This document shows positions 36,688-46,287 of a DNA stretch of 64,000 nt, piece by piece. This stretch comes from an uncultured virus (IMG/VR IMGVR_UViG_3300033066_001354) (lineage: Duplodnaviria; Heunggongvirae; Uroviricota; Caudoviricetes). The DNA is taken from the IMG/VR virus record IMGVR_UViG_3300033066_001354; one strand, 5' to 3'. The translations under genes were made by a program, and so were the position numbers. How positions within the stretch are numbered: the first letter of the stretch is position 1; the number at the start of each line of letters is the position of its first letter. Under the pieces are notes generated by a model that did no database searches, was not told the origin of the DNA, and worked only from the letters and a program-made list of their open reading frames with translations.

Positions 36688-37686
36688 TTAGTCCCAGTCT
36701 GGCTCGTCTTCTGTAGCGACCGCGACTGCAACAGCGCCGTCGTCATCGTCAAACGGGTTGGCGAGTTCTGCGGCAGGAGCCGCTTTCTTGCCTTTCGGCT
36801 TGCCTGCGGCAGTGACAGGGGCGGCGGGGGCTGGTTCATCGTCGATGACCAATTCGTCGCTGCTGGTTGATTCCACCGTGGCAGGAGCACTATTTCCACT
36901 AGCCTCTGTCTTGACAGGAGTCGGCTTAAAGATTTGTCCGAGCTTGTAACCGTACAAGTACCAATCTTCCCATTCTGGAAGCTGAGGGTCTTCCTTGCGG
37001 TCTTGTTCGTACAAAGCCTTTTCCGCCGCGATTTCTTCGTCAGTAGGTGTGCCGATAGCACGCAAAAGCTCAATCTCTTCGTCAGTGATTTGACTCTTGC
37101 GAGGATTGACAGCCACGACATACTCGACGCCACCAAGGGCCTGCGGATTTGCTTTAGCCTTGATTTTGACATCGTGTGCGATTGCTCCACCGAGCATGAC
37201 GCACAAAGGTTCGTCGTCGGGATTTTCAGCGTTCAACTCACGGTTGTTTGTTTCCATTTCCATGAATTTGTTGAAGATGCTGCCACCTTTTTCAAGGATT
37301 TTCACGACATTTGAACCGTCTTTCTGTCGTTCAAGCACGTTGACGGCATATCGCCAACTGCCGATGTAACCCATCTTTGTCCAAGGGCACTCGCCATAGG
37401 CAGGGTCGTTCTCCGTGCCAATGCGTGTGAAGTTGGTGTTGAGGGCTGCGTCAGGGAACGGGACTCTTACAGTCACTCCCTTTTCGCCTTCTTTGCGCTT
37501 TTTGTCAGTGAACTGACGGAACCGGATTGGACATCCGATGATGCGCAAATGTCTGACTGTCTCGCCTGTAGCGGCGTCTGGTTTGAGATTCACGAACTCG
37601 GCTTTTGCAAAGTTGCCGCCAGAGTTCTGGGCTTGAGCATTTTTTTCCTCAAGCATTTTTTGCGATGAATATACACGTTGTGCCAT
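36688..37686 (-). CDS. Single-stranded DNA-binding protein, gp32-like
   Basis: F..LK....LRI, RY.VNV.....VKILE.G.SIF core; Ala/Pro linker; acidic tail ending EPDWD; next to recA. Confidence 0.65.
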   Translation of the reverse strand: MAQRVYSSQKMLEEKNAQAQNSGGNFAKAEFVNLKPDAATGETVRHLRIIGCPIRFRQFTDKKRKEGEKGVTVRVPFPDAALNTNFTRIGTENDPAYGECPWTKMGYIGSWRYAVNVLERQKDGSNVVKILEKGGSIFNKFMEMETNNRELNAENPDDEPLCVMLGGAIAHDVKIKAKANPQALGGVEYVVAVNPRKSQITDEEIELLRAIGTPTDEEIAAEKALYEQDRKEDPQLPEWEDWYLYGYKLGQIFKPTPVKTEASGNSAPATVESTSSDELVIDDEPAPAAPVTAAGKPKGKKAAPAAELANPFDDDDGAVAVAVATEDEPDWD

Positions 37687-37804
37687 TTCTTTTTTCCTGA
37701 GTCAGAAGTCTCGTTGCATCTTGATGCTTTCGCTTCTATGGACTCTATAGTTTGTTTTTCGGGCAATCGGCACTACTTTTTTCAAAGTTTGTACCGATTG
37801 TTTC

Positions 37805-37831
37805 TTTCTACAACAAAACTCACAAATCCTG
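37805..37831 (-). promoter_or_regulatory. SigH-type promoter CAGGAT-N17-GAAA
   Basis: Close to the sigma-H consensus; upstream of the structured SSB leader. Confidence 0.6.
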
Positions 37832-37878
37832 CAAGACTGCTGTAATTCTGTTATGGTGAGTAAAACTTCAATTCGGCA

Positions 37879-38601
37879 CTAGATTTTTTCAAAACCGTCT
37901 TCATCGACAGTTTTTGTCGGTCTAATCCTGCTGTGAAATTCTGAATAAACCCTGGCATGCTGCCCTTCGCGGTCGAAGCTTGAGTTGATTCGACCCAGAG
38001 CTTCGCGCTCGCGCAACAGCCTGCTTAATTGGAAGGAAGCAAACTCGATGTTCTTTATCATTTCGTCAATTTGGTCTAGCAAATCTTTTGCTTGGACAGT
38101 CATCCTCAAAAACGGAGCGACTACAAGTGCGGCATCCGCCTTTCGGTCGTCCACACTGCCGCTTGCTTTGTTGAAAAGCTTAAAAGCCTGCTTGCTCAAC
38201 GAGTTATACGCTTCGTCATAAATTCCGTAATGGGCGTTGACAATGTTTTTCATCGCTGTCAGACGGTTGCGGTAAGCCACTTGCATACTGTAAAGAATCA
38301 CGAGAGTTTCAAACGAGAAATTGCTGTCAGACTGAAAATTCAACTCCATGTCAGCAATTTCTTGTTTGAACGAATCCTTGTTATAAGGAGGTAGTAATTT
38401 AAAACCTTCGCACCAAGCAGCCACTTCTGCCTCAAAAGTCGCCTTGGTCACTCCGTCAAAACGTTTTTTGACTTCTGTTCCGAAATCATAATCGGATGCG
38501 TCTGTTTTCCAAATATTGTCCACAATTTGACACAACGAGACTGAATCTTCAAGTTGTGTCTCTTCTTCAATGTCTTCTTCAACAAATCCAGTAGTATTCA
38601 T
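37879..38601 (-). CDS. Hypothetical coiled-coil protein (possible recombination mediator)
   Basis: 240-aa helical ORF between dnaE and ssb/recA; function is positional guess. Confidence 0.5.
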   Translation of the reverse strand: MNTTGFVEEDIEEETQLEDSVSLCQIVDNIWKTDASDYDFGTEVKKRFDGVTKATFEAEVAAWCEGFKLLPPYNKDSFKQEIADMELNFQSDSNFSFETLVILYSMQVAYRNRLTAMKNIVNAHYGIYDEAYNSLSKQAFKLFNKASGSVDDRKADAALVVAPFLRMTVQAKDLLDQIDEMIKNIEFASFQLSRLLREREALGRINSSFDREGQHARVYSEFHSRIRPTKTVDEDGFEKI

Positions 38602-38609
38602 GTCGCTGT

Positions 38610-41600
38610 CTAAAAAATGTCGTTTGGAAATAAAGTGCGGGTGTTCAACACTTTAGGTTTCGTAGTGTCTTTGCGAGGCTTCACGCGTCGTTCTTCTGAG
38701 GGCATCACCTGGTCGCCATTATCGTTTCCTGACAATGGCGAAAGAACTTTATACTTCATTTTTTCCTCGCGTTTTTTGCGTTTGTCTTCTTGGTTCCTTT
38801 CGTTCACCAATTCATCGTAGTAAGCCATCAAGTCGTCTACAGGACGGCGTTTTACATCTTCAAAGCATTGTAGCGCCCCACCTTCCGCCAAATGCTCCAC
38901 CATGCCACGGTTTGGACGGGCACGCCATATCATGTCTTTCAAATTTTCAAACGGCTGATGTTCTACGATAGTTTGCGCCATTGAGCCGACGCCCTTGATA
39001 GAAGTGAGCGGAAGCGCGATTTGTCCTTCTGGCGTCACGGTTGTTTCTAGGTTTGAGTCGTTGACGTTGGGTTTGAGCACAACAATACCGTTTTGTCGGC
39101 ACTCGCGCTGATAAGTCGCCATCTTGTCAGCATCATCTCTGTCAATTTGCATGACAGCAGCCATCCATTCAGCGGGATAGTAGGCGCGTAAATAAGCTGT
39201 AAAGTATGACAAGAGCGCGTAGGCGCAAGCATGACTTCTGTTAAAGGCGTAGCCAGCAAATTTGGCCATCAAGTTAAGTGTGGCGTCAACGGCAGACTTT
39301 GGAACACCTTTCGCGATTGCTTTATTCTCAAATACCTTGCAAATCTTTTCAAAAGCTTCAGGGTCTTTCTTGGACACTGCTTTTCGCAGTTTGTCAACTT
39401 CGTCCCAGTCCAAACTTGCCATTTCACGGGCTAAAAACATAGCCTGTTCCTGATACACCATAATGCCATAAGTGACTTCTAAGTGCTTTTTGATGATAGG
39501 GTGTGCATATTTAATCTTGCTTGGGTTATGTTTGCCAGCAGCATAATCAGGAATAAAAGCCATAGGGCCGGGTCGGTACAATGCCGCGACAGCAATCAAG
39601 TCTTCCACACAAGAAGCTTGTACTTGCCTCAGAGCGTCTTGCATACCGGGGCTTGCAAACTGAAAGATTGTTGACGTGGTTCCTGTCTTATAAAGGTTGA
39701 AAACTTTGGGGTCGTCCATATTGATAGACGCGAATTTGATTTGTTCTCCTGTGCGTTTTTCAATCAGTTTTTGAGCCAAAGCTATCATTTGAAAACAAGC
39801 AAGCCCTAAATAGTCGTACTTTACAAGCCCGACTCTTTCTACGCTTTTCATATCATACGCTGACGCTAAAACACCTTTAGAATTTTCAATAGGAGAGTGG
39901 TCACGAATAGGTTCACTAGATACTAGCACACCTCCTGCATGAATTCCAAGATTTGAAATTCTGTCTATCAAACCTTCTGCTAATTTCATGTCTTCTGGAT
40001 ACTTTCTTACCCAGCTTGCGAAGTCTGTGGATTCTGCCATCGCTTCAGCAATAGGGTTTTTAGCCTTACCAGCCGCTTGCGGGCGGAATGGAATCGACTT
40101 CGAGACCACTTGCGCCATTTTGTGCGTGTTGTCGCCCCAGTCTTTGTTAAACCTTTCGCTTACCTTTAAAGTGTTCGTGACGGCGGCTTTCGTCTGATAT
40201 GTGCCCCATGTTCCAATCATACTCACATGGTCGTGACCGAAACGGTTTCGAGCCCATTCGATGACTTCGCTTCTTCGGCTGTCGTCAATGTCCGTGTCAA
40301 CGTCTGGAAGACTTGCGACTTTTTTGACCTTCAAGCCTTTTGTCGGCTTTTCATCAGTGACTCCCAAGAAGTACGCAGTCCATAATTGGGCGTCGTTGTG
40401 AGCGGTGTGCATTCCTTTATCCGCTAATTCACAAACATAAGTGGCAAGGTTCGCCATTTCCAAAACCCAAATTTCTTTTTGTATTTCAGGCTCGAACGCA
40501 GCCAAGCTTTCGTCTTCAACTATCTTTTCTTTCACTAGCGCCCTAAGACGAGCGACGGCTTCGTCCTGAGACTGCTTGCCGTTTGTTTCAAGCCATTGCT
40601 TTGATGGCTCTTCTTTGTAGGAAATGTCGTACTGGTTCCCGCGCCCTGGATTAAGAAATCGCTCAAACATCAAATTCCAGCGAACAGGGTCTACGTTACA
40701 AACCTCAAGACAGTGGTTGACAAGACTGCCTACACCGCTACCACGAATGCCGTAAAGGATGTTTCGCTCTTTCATGAAATCAACCATTTCTGCTTGAATC
40801 AAGAAGTAATCCGTGACACCCATGTACCAAATTTGCTCCAATTCGTATCGGAGGCGCTTTTTATACTCGGGATTCCCGTCAAGCCCCATTCTCTTTAACC
40901 CGTCCATAGCCAAGTATGCCAAATATGCGTCGTTTGGTTTATGATATGGTAAAAATTTGGACTTAAACCTAGCAAATCTTTCGTCGTCAACAGGCACATT
41001 GACGTGCGGAAGCAAGTGCGGAACATCAAGCTTTAAAAAGTCTTCAACCCTGTCGGCAAGCGCCAGAGTGTTCGTGAGTGCCTCCGGCTTTGAACCGAAC
41101 AGTTTTGACATGTCGGCTTCGCTTTTTAAGAAAAATTGGTGAGAGCCATACGCTTCTTTCTTGCCACGGTTTACACGGTCGCTCGAAATGTCACGCATGC
41201 TTATGAGCAAGTCGTGTACACGCCAGTCTTCTGGTTTTAAGTAGTGGACATCGTTAGTGGCGACTATAGGAAGTTCCAAATTGTTGGCAATCTTGAGCAA
41301 TTTGCCAAGGTTCGCCTTTTGCTCGGGAATGCCGTGATATTGCAATTCAACGTAATACCTGCCCTCGAACACCTCTCTGAAGCGCTTGGCGATATTTTCA
41401 GCCTCATCGTCCATTCCTTTCAAAAGCGCTTGATTGACTTCGCTAGCCAAACAGCCAGAAAGAGCAATAATGCCTTCGTTGAATTTTTCCAAAATTTCCC
41501 AGTCAATTCTCGGCTCATAATAGTATCCTTCCTCGGCTGCGATAGAGGCTATTCTGAGCAAGTTCCTGTAACCCACCTCATTCATAGCCATTAAAGTAAG

Positions 41601-41909
41601 GTGGTTGTGTTTTGGACGCCCCTTGCTTCCGTCTGCGCGGATGACAGACTCTTTGACGTGCCTGTCAAAACATGTGTAAACTTCACAACCGATGATAGGC
41701 TTGATGGGAGGCAAGTCTTTATATGGGTTGCGACAAGCCTCTACAAATTCAATGACCCCGCCCATACGTCCGTGGTCGGTAATCGCCGTGGCTGGAAAAC
41801 CCATCTCTCTGGCGTGCAACGCATATTCTTTTGGAGTGGGCAAGGCGTCTTGGACTGAATAGTGTGTGTGCGCGTGCAAATGTACGAAATCTTGGTTAGG
41901 TTGACACAT
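38610..41909 (-). CDS. dnaE: DNA polymerase III alpha subunit
   Basis: PHP HLHAHTHYS..D, TDHG, NDVHY; RGSG.GSLV; FERFLNP; PDVDTD; HAGG; KYDYLGL; ALYRPGP; YAFNRSH. Confidence 0.96.
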   Translation of the reverse strand: MCQPNQDFVHLHAHTHYSVQDALPTPKEYALHAREMGFPATAITDHGRMGGVIEFVEACRNPYKDLPPIKPIIGCEVYTCFDRHVKESVIRADGSKGRPKHNHLTLMAMNEVGYRNLLRIASIAAEEGYYYEPRIDWEILEKFNEGIIALSGCLASEVNQALLKGMDDEAENIAKRFREVFEGRYYVELQYHGIPEQKANLGKLLKIANNLELPIVATNDVHYLKPEDWRVHDLLISMRDISSDRVNRGKKEAYGSHQFFLKSEADMSKLFGSKPEALTNTLALADRVEDFLKLDVPHLLPHVNVPVDDERFARFKSKFLPYHKPNDAYLAYLAMDGLKRMGLDGNPEYKKRLRYELEQIWYMGVTDYFLIQAEMVDFMKERNILYGIRGSGVGSLVNHCLEVCNVDPVRWNLMFERFLNPGRGNQYDISYKEEPSKQWLETNGKQSQDEAVARLRALVKEKIVEDESLAAFEPEIQKEIWVLEMANLATYVCELADKGMHTAHNDAQLWTAYFLGVTDEKPTKGLKVKKVASLPDVDTDIDDSRRSEVIEWARNRFGHDHVSMIGTWGTYQTKAAVTNTLKVSERFNKDWGDNTHKMAQVVSKSIPFRPQAAGKAKNPIAEAMAESTDFASWVRKYPEDMKLAEGLIDRISNLGIHAGGVLVSSEPIRDHSPIENSKGVLASAYDMKSVERVGLVKYDYLGLACFQMIALAQKLIEKRTGEQIKFASINMDDPKVFNLYKTGTTSTIFQFASPGMQDALRQVQASCVEDLIAVAALYRPGPMAFIPDYAAGKHNPSKIKYAHPIIKKHLEVTYGIMVYQEQAMFLAREMASLDWDEVDKLRKAVSKKDPEAFEKICKVFENKAIAKGVPKSAVDATLNLMAKFAGYAFNRSHACAYALLSYFTAYLRAYYPAEWMAAVMQIDRDDADKMATYQRECRQNGIVVLKPNVNDSNLETTVTPEGQIALPLTSIKGVGSMAQTIVEHQPFENLKDMIWRARPNRGMVEHLAEGGALQCFEDVKRRPVDDLMAYYDELVNERNQEDKRKKREEKMKYKVLSPLSGNDNGDQVMPSEERRVKPRKDTTKPKVLNTRTLFPNDIF

Positions 41910-42921
41910 TGTTTATACTCTTGTTATTGTTGCTTTTTCTTCTCTTGCGCACAGCCTCTTTTTTTGCACTTTGCCAAACACCGATTCTTGAGCGCATGGG
42001 CGCTTTGACCACTTCCACGCATTGTCCGCTCCAAATTCCAGCCGCGCCACAGGGCAAAATTGTCATTTCGCCCATCGTCAAATGTGGATGCGTGACTGGT
42101 TTTTTGCTAGACTGTTTATAGTACCTCTTTTTTTGAATCCCGGACGAGTTCACAACGTCTCTGTCGCGCAATTCTGAAGGTCTTTTTCGCAAAGGTAGTC
42201 TGGCTGGTGTGGTGAGGATGTAAGTGTTCGGCAATTGTTTCAAAAGCAAAAATTTGTCGAGATGCGCCGATATGCTGTAAACGGCAGATGTCTTTTTCGA
42301 TATTTTCGACATCGCCCTGGCAGCGTCTTTTTCTGTCAGGTGTGTGGAGATGAGTTCAAAGTTTTTGACAGACTTCAAGTCTGGGCATTTGCGCAAATAA
42401 CGCTGAATCGTCCTCTCTGACAACCCAGTCTGTTGTGCGATTGAATCTATGGAAACAGGACGATGGTCTACATAACGACCAGCCACCACAGCTACCATCA
42501 ACGCACGTAAATCGCCGCAATTAAGTTCTTCGTTTGCCTCTAGGTTGCTAATTTTGAACCTAAAAGGCTCACTTCTGGTCATAGTAGGAGACAAACGCTC
42601 GACGATAGTTTTTCGACCTATCAGACTGGTGACCTTTTCACCGTCTCGCTTTCCTGGTTTGTTCCAATACAACCCCACGCCTTTGTTGAACTTTACATAC
42701 GCCTGACTTTGCGACACGCCCAAAATTCCTTTAATGAACAACATAAGCCATTCACAAGTAATTTTTCCGCTTCCACCTTTGGCTGTGTCTATGCTTTTCA
42801 ACACGCACCAAAGCGCGTATAACTCAGCCTCGCTGTCACGCAAAGACGCGGCCGCCAATTCAGGATGGATGATTACAAAAAGGTCGGCTATCGACTGCGG
42901 AGATTCACTCGCCGTCTGCAT
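41896..42921 (-). CDS. Hypothetical basic HTH DNA-binding protein
   Basis: VSIDSIAQQTGLSERTIQRYL helix-turn-helix. Confidence 0.6.
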   Translation of the reverse strand: MQTASESPQSIADLFVIIHPELAAASLRDSEAELYALWCVLKSIDTAKGGSGKITCEWLMLFIKGILGVSQSQAYVKFNKGVGLYWNKPGKRDGEKVTSLIGRKTIVERLSPTMTRSEPFRFKISNLEANEELNCGDLRALMVAVVAGRYVDHRPVSIDSIAQQTGLSERTIQRYLRKCPDLKSVKNFELISTHLTEKDAARAMSKISKKTSAVYSISAHLDKFLLLKQLPNTYILTTPARLPLRKRPSELRDRDVVNSSGIQKKRYYKQSSKKPVTHPHLTMGEMTILPCGAAGIWSGQCVEVVKAPMRSRIGVWQSAKKEAVRKRRKSNNNKSINNVST

Positions 42922-43204
42922 GGTCTTTTATCGCCCTTACAATAGAATCACGTTTATGCATCTCAAATTCAGCACCCATGCGCAATAAGTACGCAGCAGC
43001 CTCTTCTTCACTCAAGCCAAGCGTCATTTCAAGCGTTTTGCTGACAAACGCGAAAATAGTCGCGCTAGCACCGTTTAAAGTGATGGTGCGCGTGACAGTA
43101 GATGGAGGGTTATCAAACACCGCTTTTAATTGCTCCGCAGAAGGGCCAGCCTTTTTAGCGATTGCGTTCCATATCTTTGACAAGTCTTCGTTCTTGTCAC
43201 CCAT
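42905..43204 (-). CDS. Small hypothetical protein
   Basis: Likely start ATG 43204 with GGAGAGG SD. Confidence 0.55.
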   Translation of the reverse strand: MGDKNEDLSKIWNAIAKKAGPSAEQLKAVFDNPPSTVTRTITLNGASATIFAFVSKTLEMTLGLSEEEAAAYLLRMGAEFEMHKRDSIVRAIKDHADGE

Positions 43205-43889
43205 TTGCCTCTCCGACCCGTTGTTCATATTGTTCATACCTGTCTTTCATTTGTCTTGCTAAAGAAGACCACACTTTGCTCATGCCGCCCTGGTCTTCTG
43301 CAATATCCATTTGGTCTATGTCTGAGTAAACAGAATCGACCCATTTTGTTTCCTCGTCGTCGAAATTGACTTTCAACTCATACGAACGCAACCTCTCTGC
43401 AACGGCTCTCATATATTCCACGGGCGTCAGTCCTGCTGGCAGTTTTGAATCGCTTTGTGAATCCAAATAAGCTTTCACAGTGGACTCTATGTCTTTTAAA
43501 GCCCTATAAGCCGTAATGTCAGTGTTCGCGTCGTCAATACCAGCCAAAGCAGCTAATTTTGCCACCGCCGCGTTGAACGGTATACCTTCAATCTTTCTTA
43601 CAAAGTGTAAAACGTTGCCCTTTTCTTGACAACCAAGACACTTAAAAACACGCAAATCGGGGTTCACTCCGAAGCTTGGCGAAGAGTCTCTGTGTCCTGG
43701 CAAGGGGCAATTCGTGTGCCACCAACCCTTATTGGTAGGCTCTTCAAAAGCCAGGTCGTATTCTTCTTCCATGACCTGGAGAATGTCGAGCCTTTCAATG
43801 ATTTCTTCAATCAATGAAGCACTATATTTGTTCGCGGTTTTCGTCGGGACTTCCTGTCCAAAGCTATCGTTTGAATTAGATTTTGTCAT
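43197..43889 (-). CDS. Stand-alone primase zinc-binding (CHC2) domain protein with helical C-terminus
   Basis: CPLPGH.D.SPSF.V......FKC.GC...GNV..FV...EG..F..AV..LA; TGATG coupling to dnaB. Confidence 0.85.
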   Translation of the reverse strand: MTKSNSNDSFGQEVPTKTANKYSASLIEEIIERLDILQVMEEEYDLAFEEPTNKGWWHTNCPLPGHRDSSPSFGVNPDLRVFKCLGCQEKGNVLHFVRKIEGIPFNAAVAKLAALAGIDDANTDITAYRALKDIESTVKAYLDSQSDSKLPAGLTPVEYMRAVAERLRSYELKVNFDDEETKWVDSVYSDIDQMDIAEDQGGMSKVWSSLARQMKDRYEQYEQRVGEANG

Positions 43890-45442
43890 CAATCGGTCTC
43901 CCAGTCTGAAGGGTCTAAAGTCAACTCTGACAAATCGACAATCTCCGTCCCGCCTTGCCAATTTACTTCTTGTGTCCCGTCGTCTCTGTCTCTAACGACA
44001 GTGTTCGTCGATTGAGAGCCAACACCATCCTCTGGCATAGTGCCGTTCAGTCTGGCTATTTGTGTCCATCTAGCGGCTTCGTCATCGGTAAGGTCTCGAA
44101 CAGTGTTGTACTCAGCGTCCCATTTCGCGCCACAAGGAACGAACCATGCGTCTCTCATCTTTACTGGATGGTAGCTGACCATAGACTCTTCTTTGTGAGG
44201 TTCAAGCCCAATGACAAAGTGCGCAAGGTGCATCAGCCTTTGGTCGCCACTGGCTGCGTCTTGCCAGTATTGAGCGGCTTTTTTATCTTCCTTCCTTTTC
44301 CTGTTTTCACGAATAGTGTCCCGGTTAATTTGTTGCGCCGTCAAAAAAGGAAGTTGATATCTTTTTGCCAAAACGTGCAATTTGGAAAAAGCGTCACCTT
44401 GTTGCTCCCACGGCTTGGCGTCCCTTCGACTGTTCCTCGTCGTCATGTTGCCCATATAGTCGATGACGACCAAATCTGGTTTGCCCTTAGTTTGAATGAG
44501 TTCTCTTATTCGAGCATCGACATATTCTGGCGTAGGGTCTTCCAGGGACACATCATACTCGAAGTACGCACCGCCCTGCGACAGTCCAATCCTTGACACA
44601 AGGTCTTCCACTTCACTCGTGGCTAAACTCATGCCCTTCAACGCGCTGTACGGTATTTGGTAGGCAAGACTCAAGTGTCGCAAAAGACACTGCCACAAAT
44701 CCATTTCAAAACTGAAGTACAACACGTTTTTCTGTTGGTTTTTGTGCGCATGGTGAGCCCAATTTAAAAGCTGCACGCTTTTACCGCCAGAAGAAGGGGC
44801 AAGTAACACGATAAGTTGCCCTCCCATCCATCCAAAGGTCTTTTCATCAATAGCGCTCAGACCGCATTCAACACCCTTGTACGAAGCTGGGTCGTTGAGT
44901 CTTCGGTTGTACTCTTCCTTGACATACTCTGAAGCCAATGTGACATCTATGCGCTGTTTTTCTGTGCCATAGTCAGCCAATTCTTCGTGAATTTCGTCAA
45001 TAATGGACTGAACAGCATTAATGCCAGCCTCCAGGCTCTCGTCAACCGATTTCTGGTGTCCGACCTGGTGCATGTTGTTCCAAAGCCTCCAACAGCGCTT
45101 CGACTTCAATTCCTCGATGAGATATGGAAGCTCGTTGGCGTCATAGTCTTCAATCTCGATTTGTTCCCATACTTCAAGATACTTCGCCCTGCTTTTGGCG
45201 TCGATGTTGGCTTTTGACAATCTGTCTTCTAATATCGTCTTGGTGATGAGAGCATTGTGTTTCTCGTAGTAAGTCTGCACCAATTTAAACATTCCACTGG
45301 TGAAGCATTTGGTGTACTGCTCTGGTACAAACCCAAAGTGTTCTCCGGTGATTTTTGCTTCCAAAACTTTGTTGACCGCCAATTGCGAGGTCGTCATGTG
45401 TTTGAGCACTCTAAGCTCTAATTTTTCATTATCTAATGTCAT
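43889..45442 (-). CDS. dnaB: Replicative DNA helicase
   Basis: G...ID....G...GQL..L.APSSGGKS, LYFSFEM, LVVIDYM, TAQQINR, KMRD. Confidence 0.9.
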   Translation of the reverse strand: MTLDNEKLELRVLKHMTTSQLAVNKVLEAKITGEHFGFVPEQYTKCFTSGMFKLVQTYYEKHNALITKTILEDRLSKANIDAKSRAKYLEVWEQIEIEDYDANELPYLIEELKSKRCWRLWNNMHQVGHQKSVDESLEAGINAVQSIIDEIHEELADYGTEKQRIDVTLASEYVKEEYNRRLNDPASYKGVECGLSAIDEKTFGWMGGQLIVLLAPSSGGKSVQLLNWAHHAHKNQQKNVLYFSFEMDLWQCLLRHLSLAYQIPYSALKGMSLATSEVEDLVSRIGLSQGGAYFEYDVSLEDPTPEYVDARIRELIQTKGKPDLVVIDYMGNMTTRNSRRDAKPWEQQGDAFSKLHVLAKRYQLPFLTAQQINRDTIRENRKRKEDKKAAQYWQDAASGDQRLMHLAHFVIGLEPHKEESMVSYHPVKMRDAWFVPCGAKWDAEYNTVRDLTDDEAARWTQIARLNGTMPEDGVGSQSTNTVVRDRDDGTQEVNWQGGTEIVDLSELTLDPSDWETD

Positions 45443-46287
45443 TCTGTTTCTCCCGCTCTATGTTTGCGGAAATGTCCTTTTGGTTTAGTGGGCGGACTGT
45501 AATTGTCCACGCTGTCTGCGCTTCTTGGGCTCGGTAGATGGATTTTGTACGCATTATCTATTAGACTCGTCCAATTGTGCCTGCTTCGTATTTCGGTATA
45601 ATCAGAAAACGCAGATATGACCGTTGGTTGCCCTTTATTGATTCTAGCGCTGGCTATACGCTCCAGTCCGCTTAAGTAGTATGGATTGTTGACTCCTAAA
45701 TTTTCAACACCGTCAATCACAACAAGGTCTGCGTTCTTGCAGTCTTCTACAATGCGGTTTTGTTCCTCTCTGGCGTCAAAATCTGAGAATATTGGTTCAA
45801 GGTCTATCCAGTTGATAAACTGTGTGATAAGACCTTTTTTAATGGCTTCTTGGGCTATAATTGAAGACAGCAGTGTCTTACCGCTACGCGATTCGCCCAC
45901 AAACATTAAATTGGTGACCTCTCGACCATTGGCAAGCCTTAGCTTCAATCCGGCGCAAAGAGGCACAAGATTTTTGATGTACTGTGCCACACACCGCTTG
46001 ATACGAAGTTTGTTCGCTTCGTCGCTTCCTGTGTCTTGATTGTTGGCGTCTTGTTTTGGGTTCCAATCGTTTTCTAGCGTCATGCCGATATAATTTCGAG
46101 GCACGTTTGCTGCCCTACACATTCGCTCCATCGTGCTTTTTAACCAGCACTCACAATTTTCAGCCTTTTCGTCAATGACCAAATATCCCATCCAGTTGCA
46201 CTTAGGGCAACCAACGCCTCTTTTTGCGCGTTCTTTTAGGAAATCTTCATTGCCTTTTTCTAACCTGGCTATGATATCATCGCTCAT
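45439..46287 (-). CDS. DnaC/IstB-like helicase loader ATPase
   Basis: N-terminal CPKC...CEC, GESRSGKT Walker A, DLVVIDG, R.....PTVIS. Confidence 0.8.
   Translation of the reverse strand: MSDDIIARLEKGNEDFLKERAKRGVGCPKCNWMGYLVIDEKAENCECWLKSTMERMCRAANVPRNYIGMTLENDWNPKQDANNQDTGSDEANKLRIKRCVAQYIKNLVPLCAGLKLRLANGREVTNLMFVGESRSGKTLLSSIIAQEAIKKGLITQFINWIDLEPIFSDFDAREEQNRIVEDCKNADLVVIDGVENLGVNNPYYLSGLERIASARINKGQPTVISAFSDYTEIRSRHNWTSLIDNAYKIHLPSPRSADSVDNYSPPTKPKGHFRKHRAGETE

Noticed and set aside
40314..40638. Intein in DnaE (also considered for the TerL insertion)
   Set aside because: No N-terminal Cys/Ser block, no His-Asn end and no LAGLIDADG motifs.
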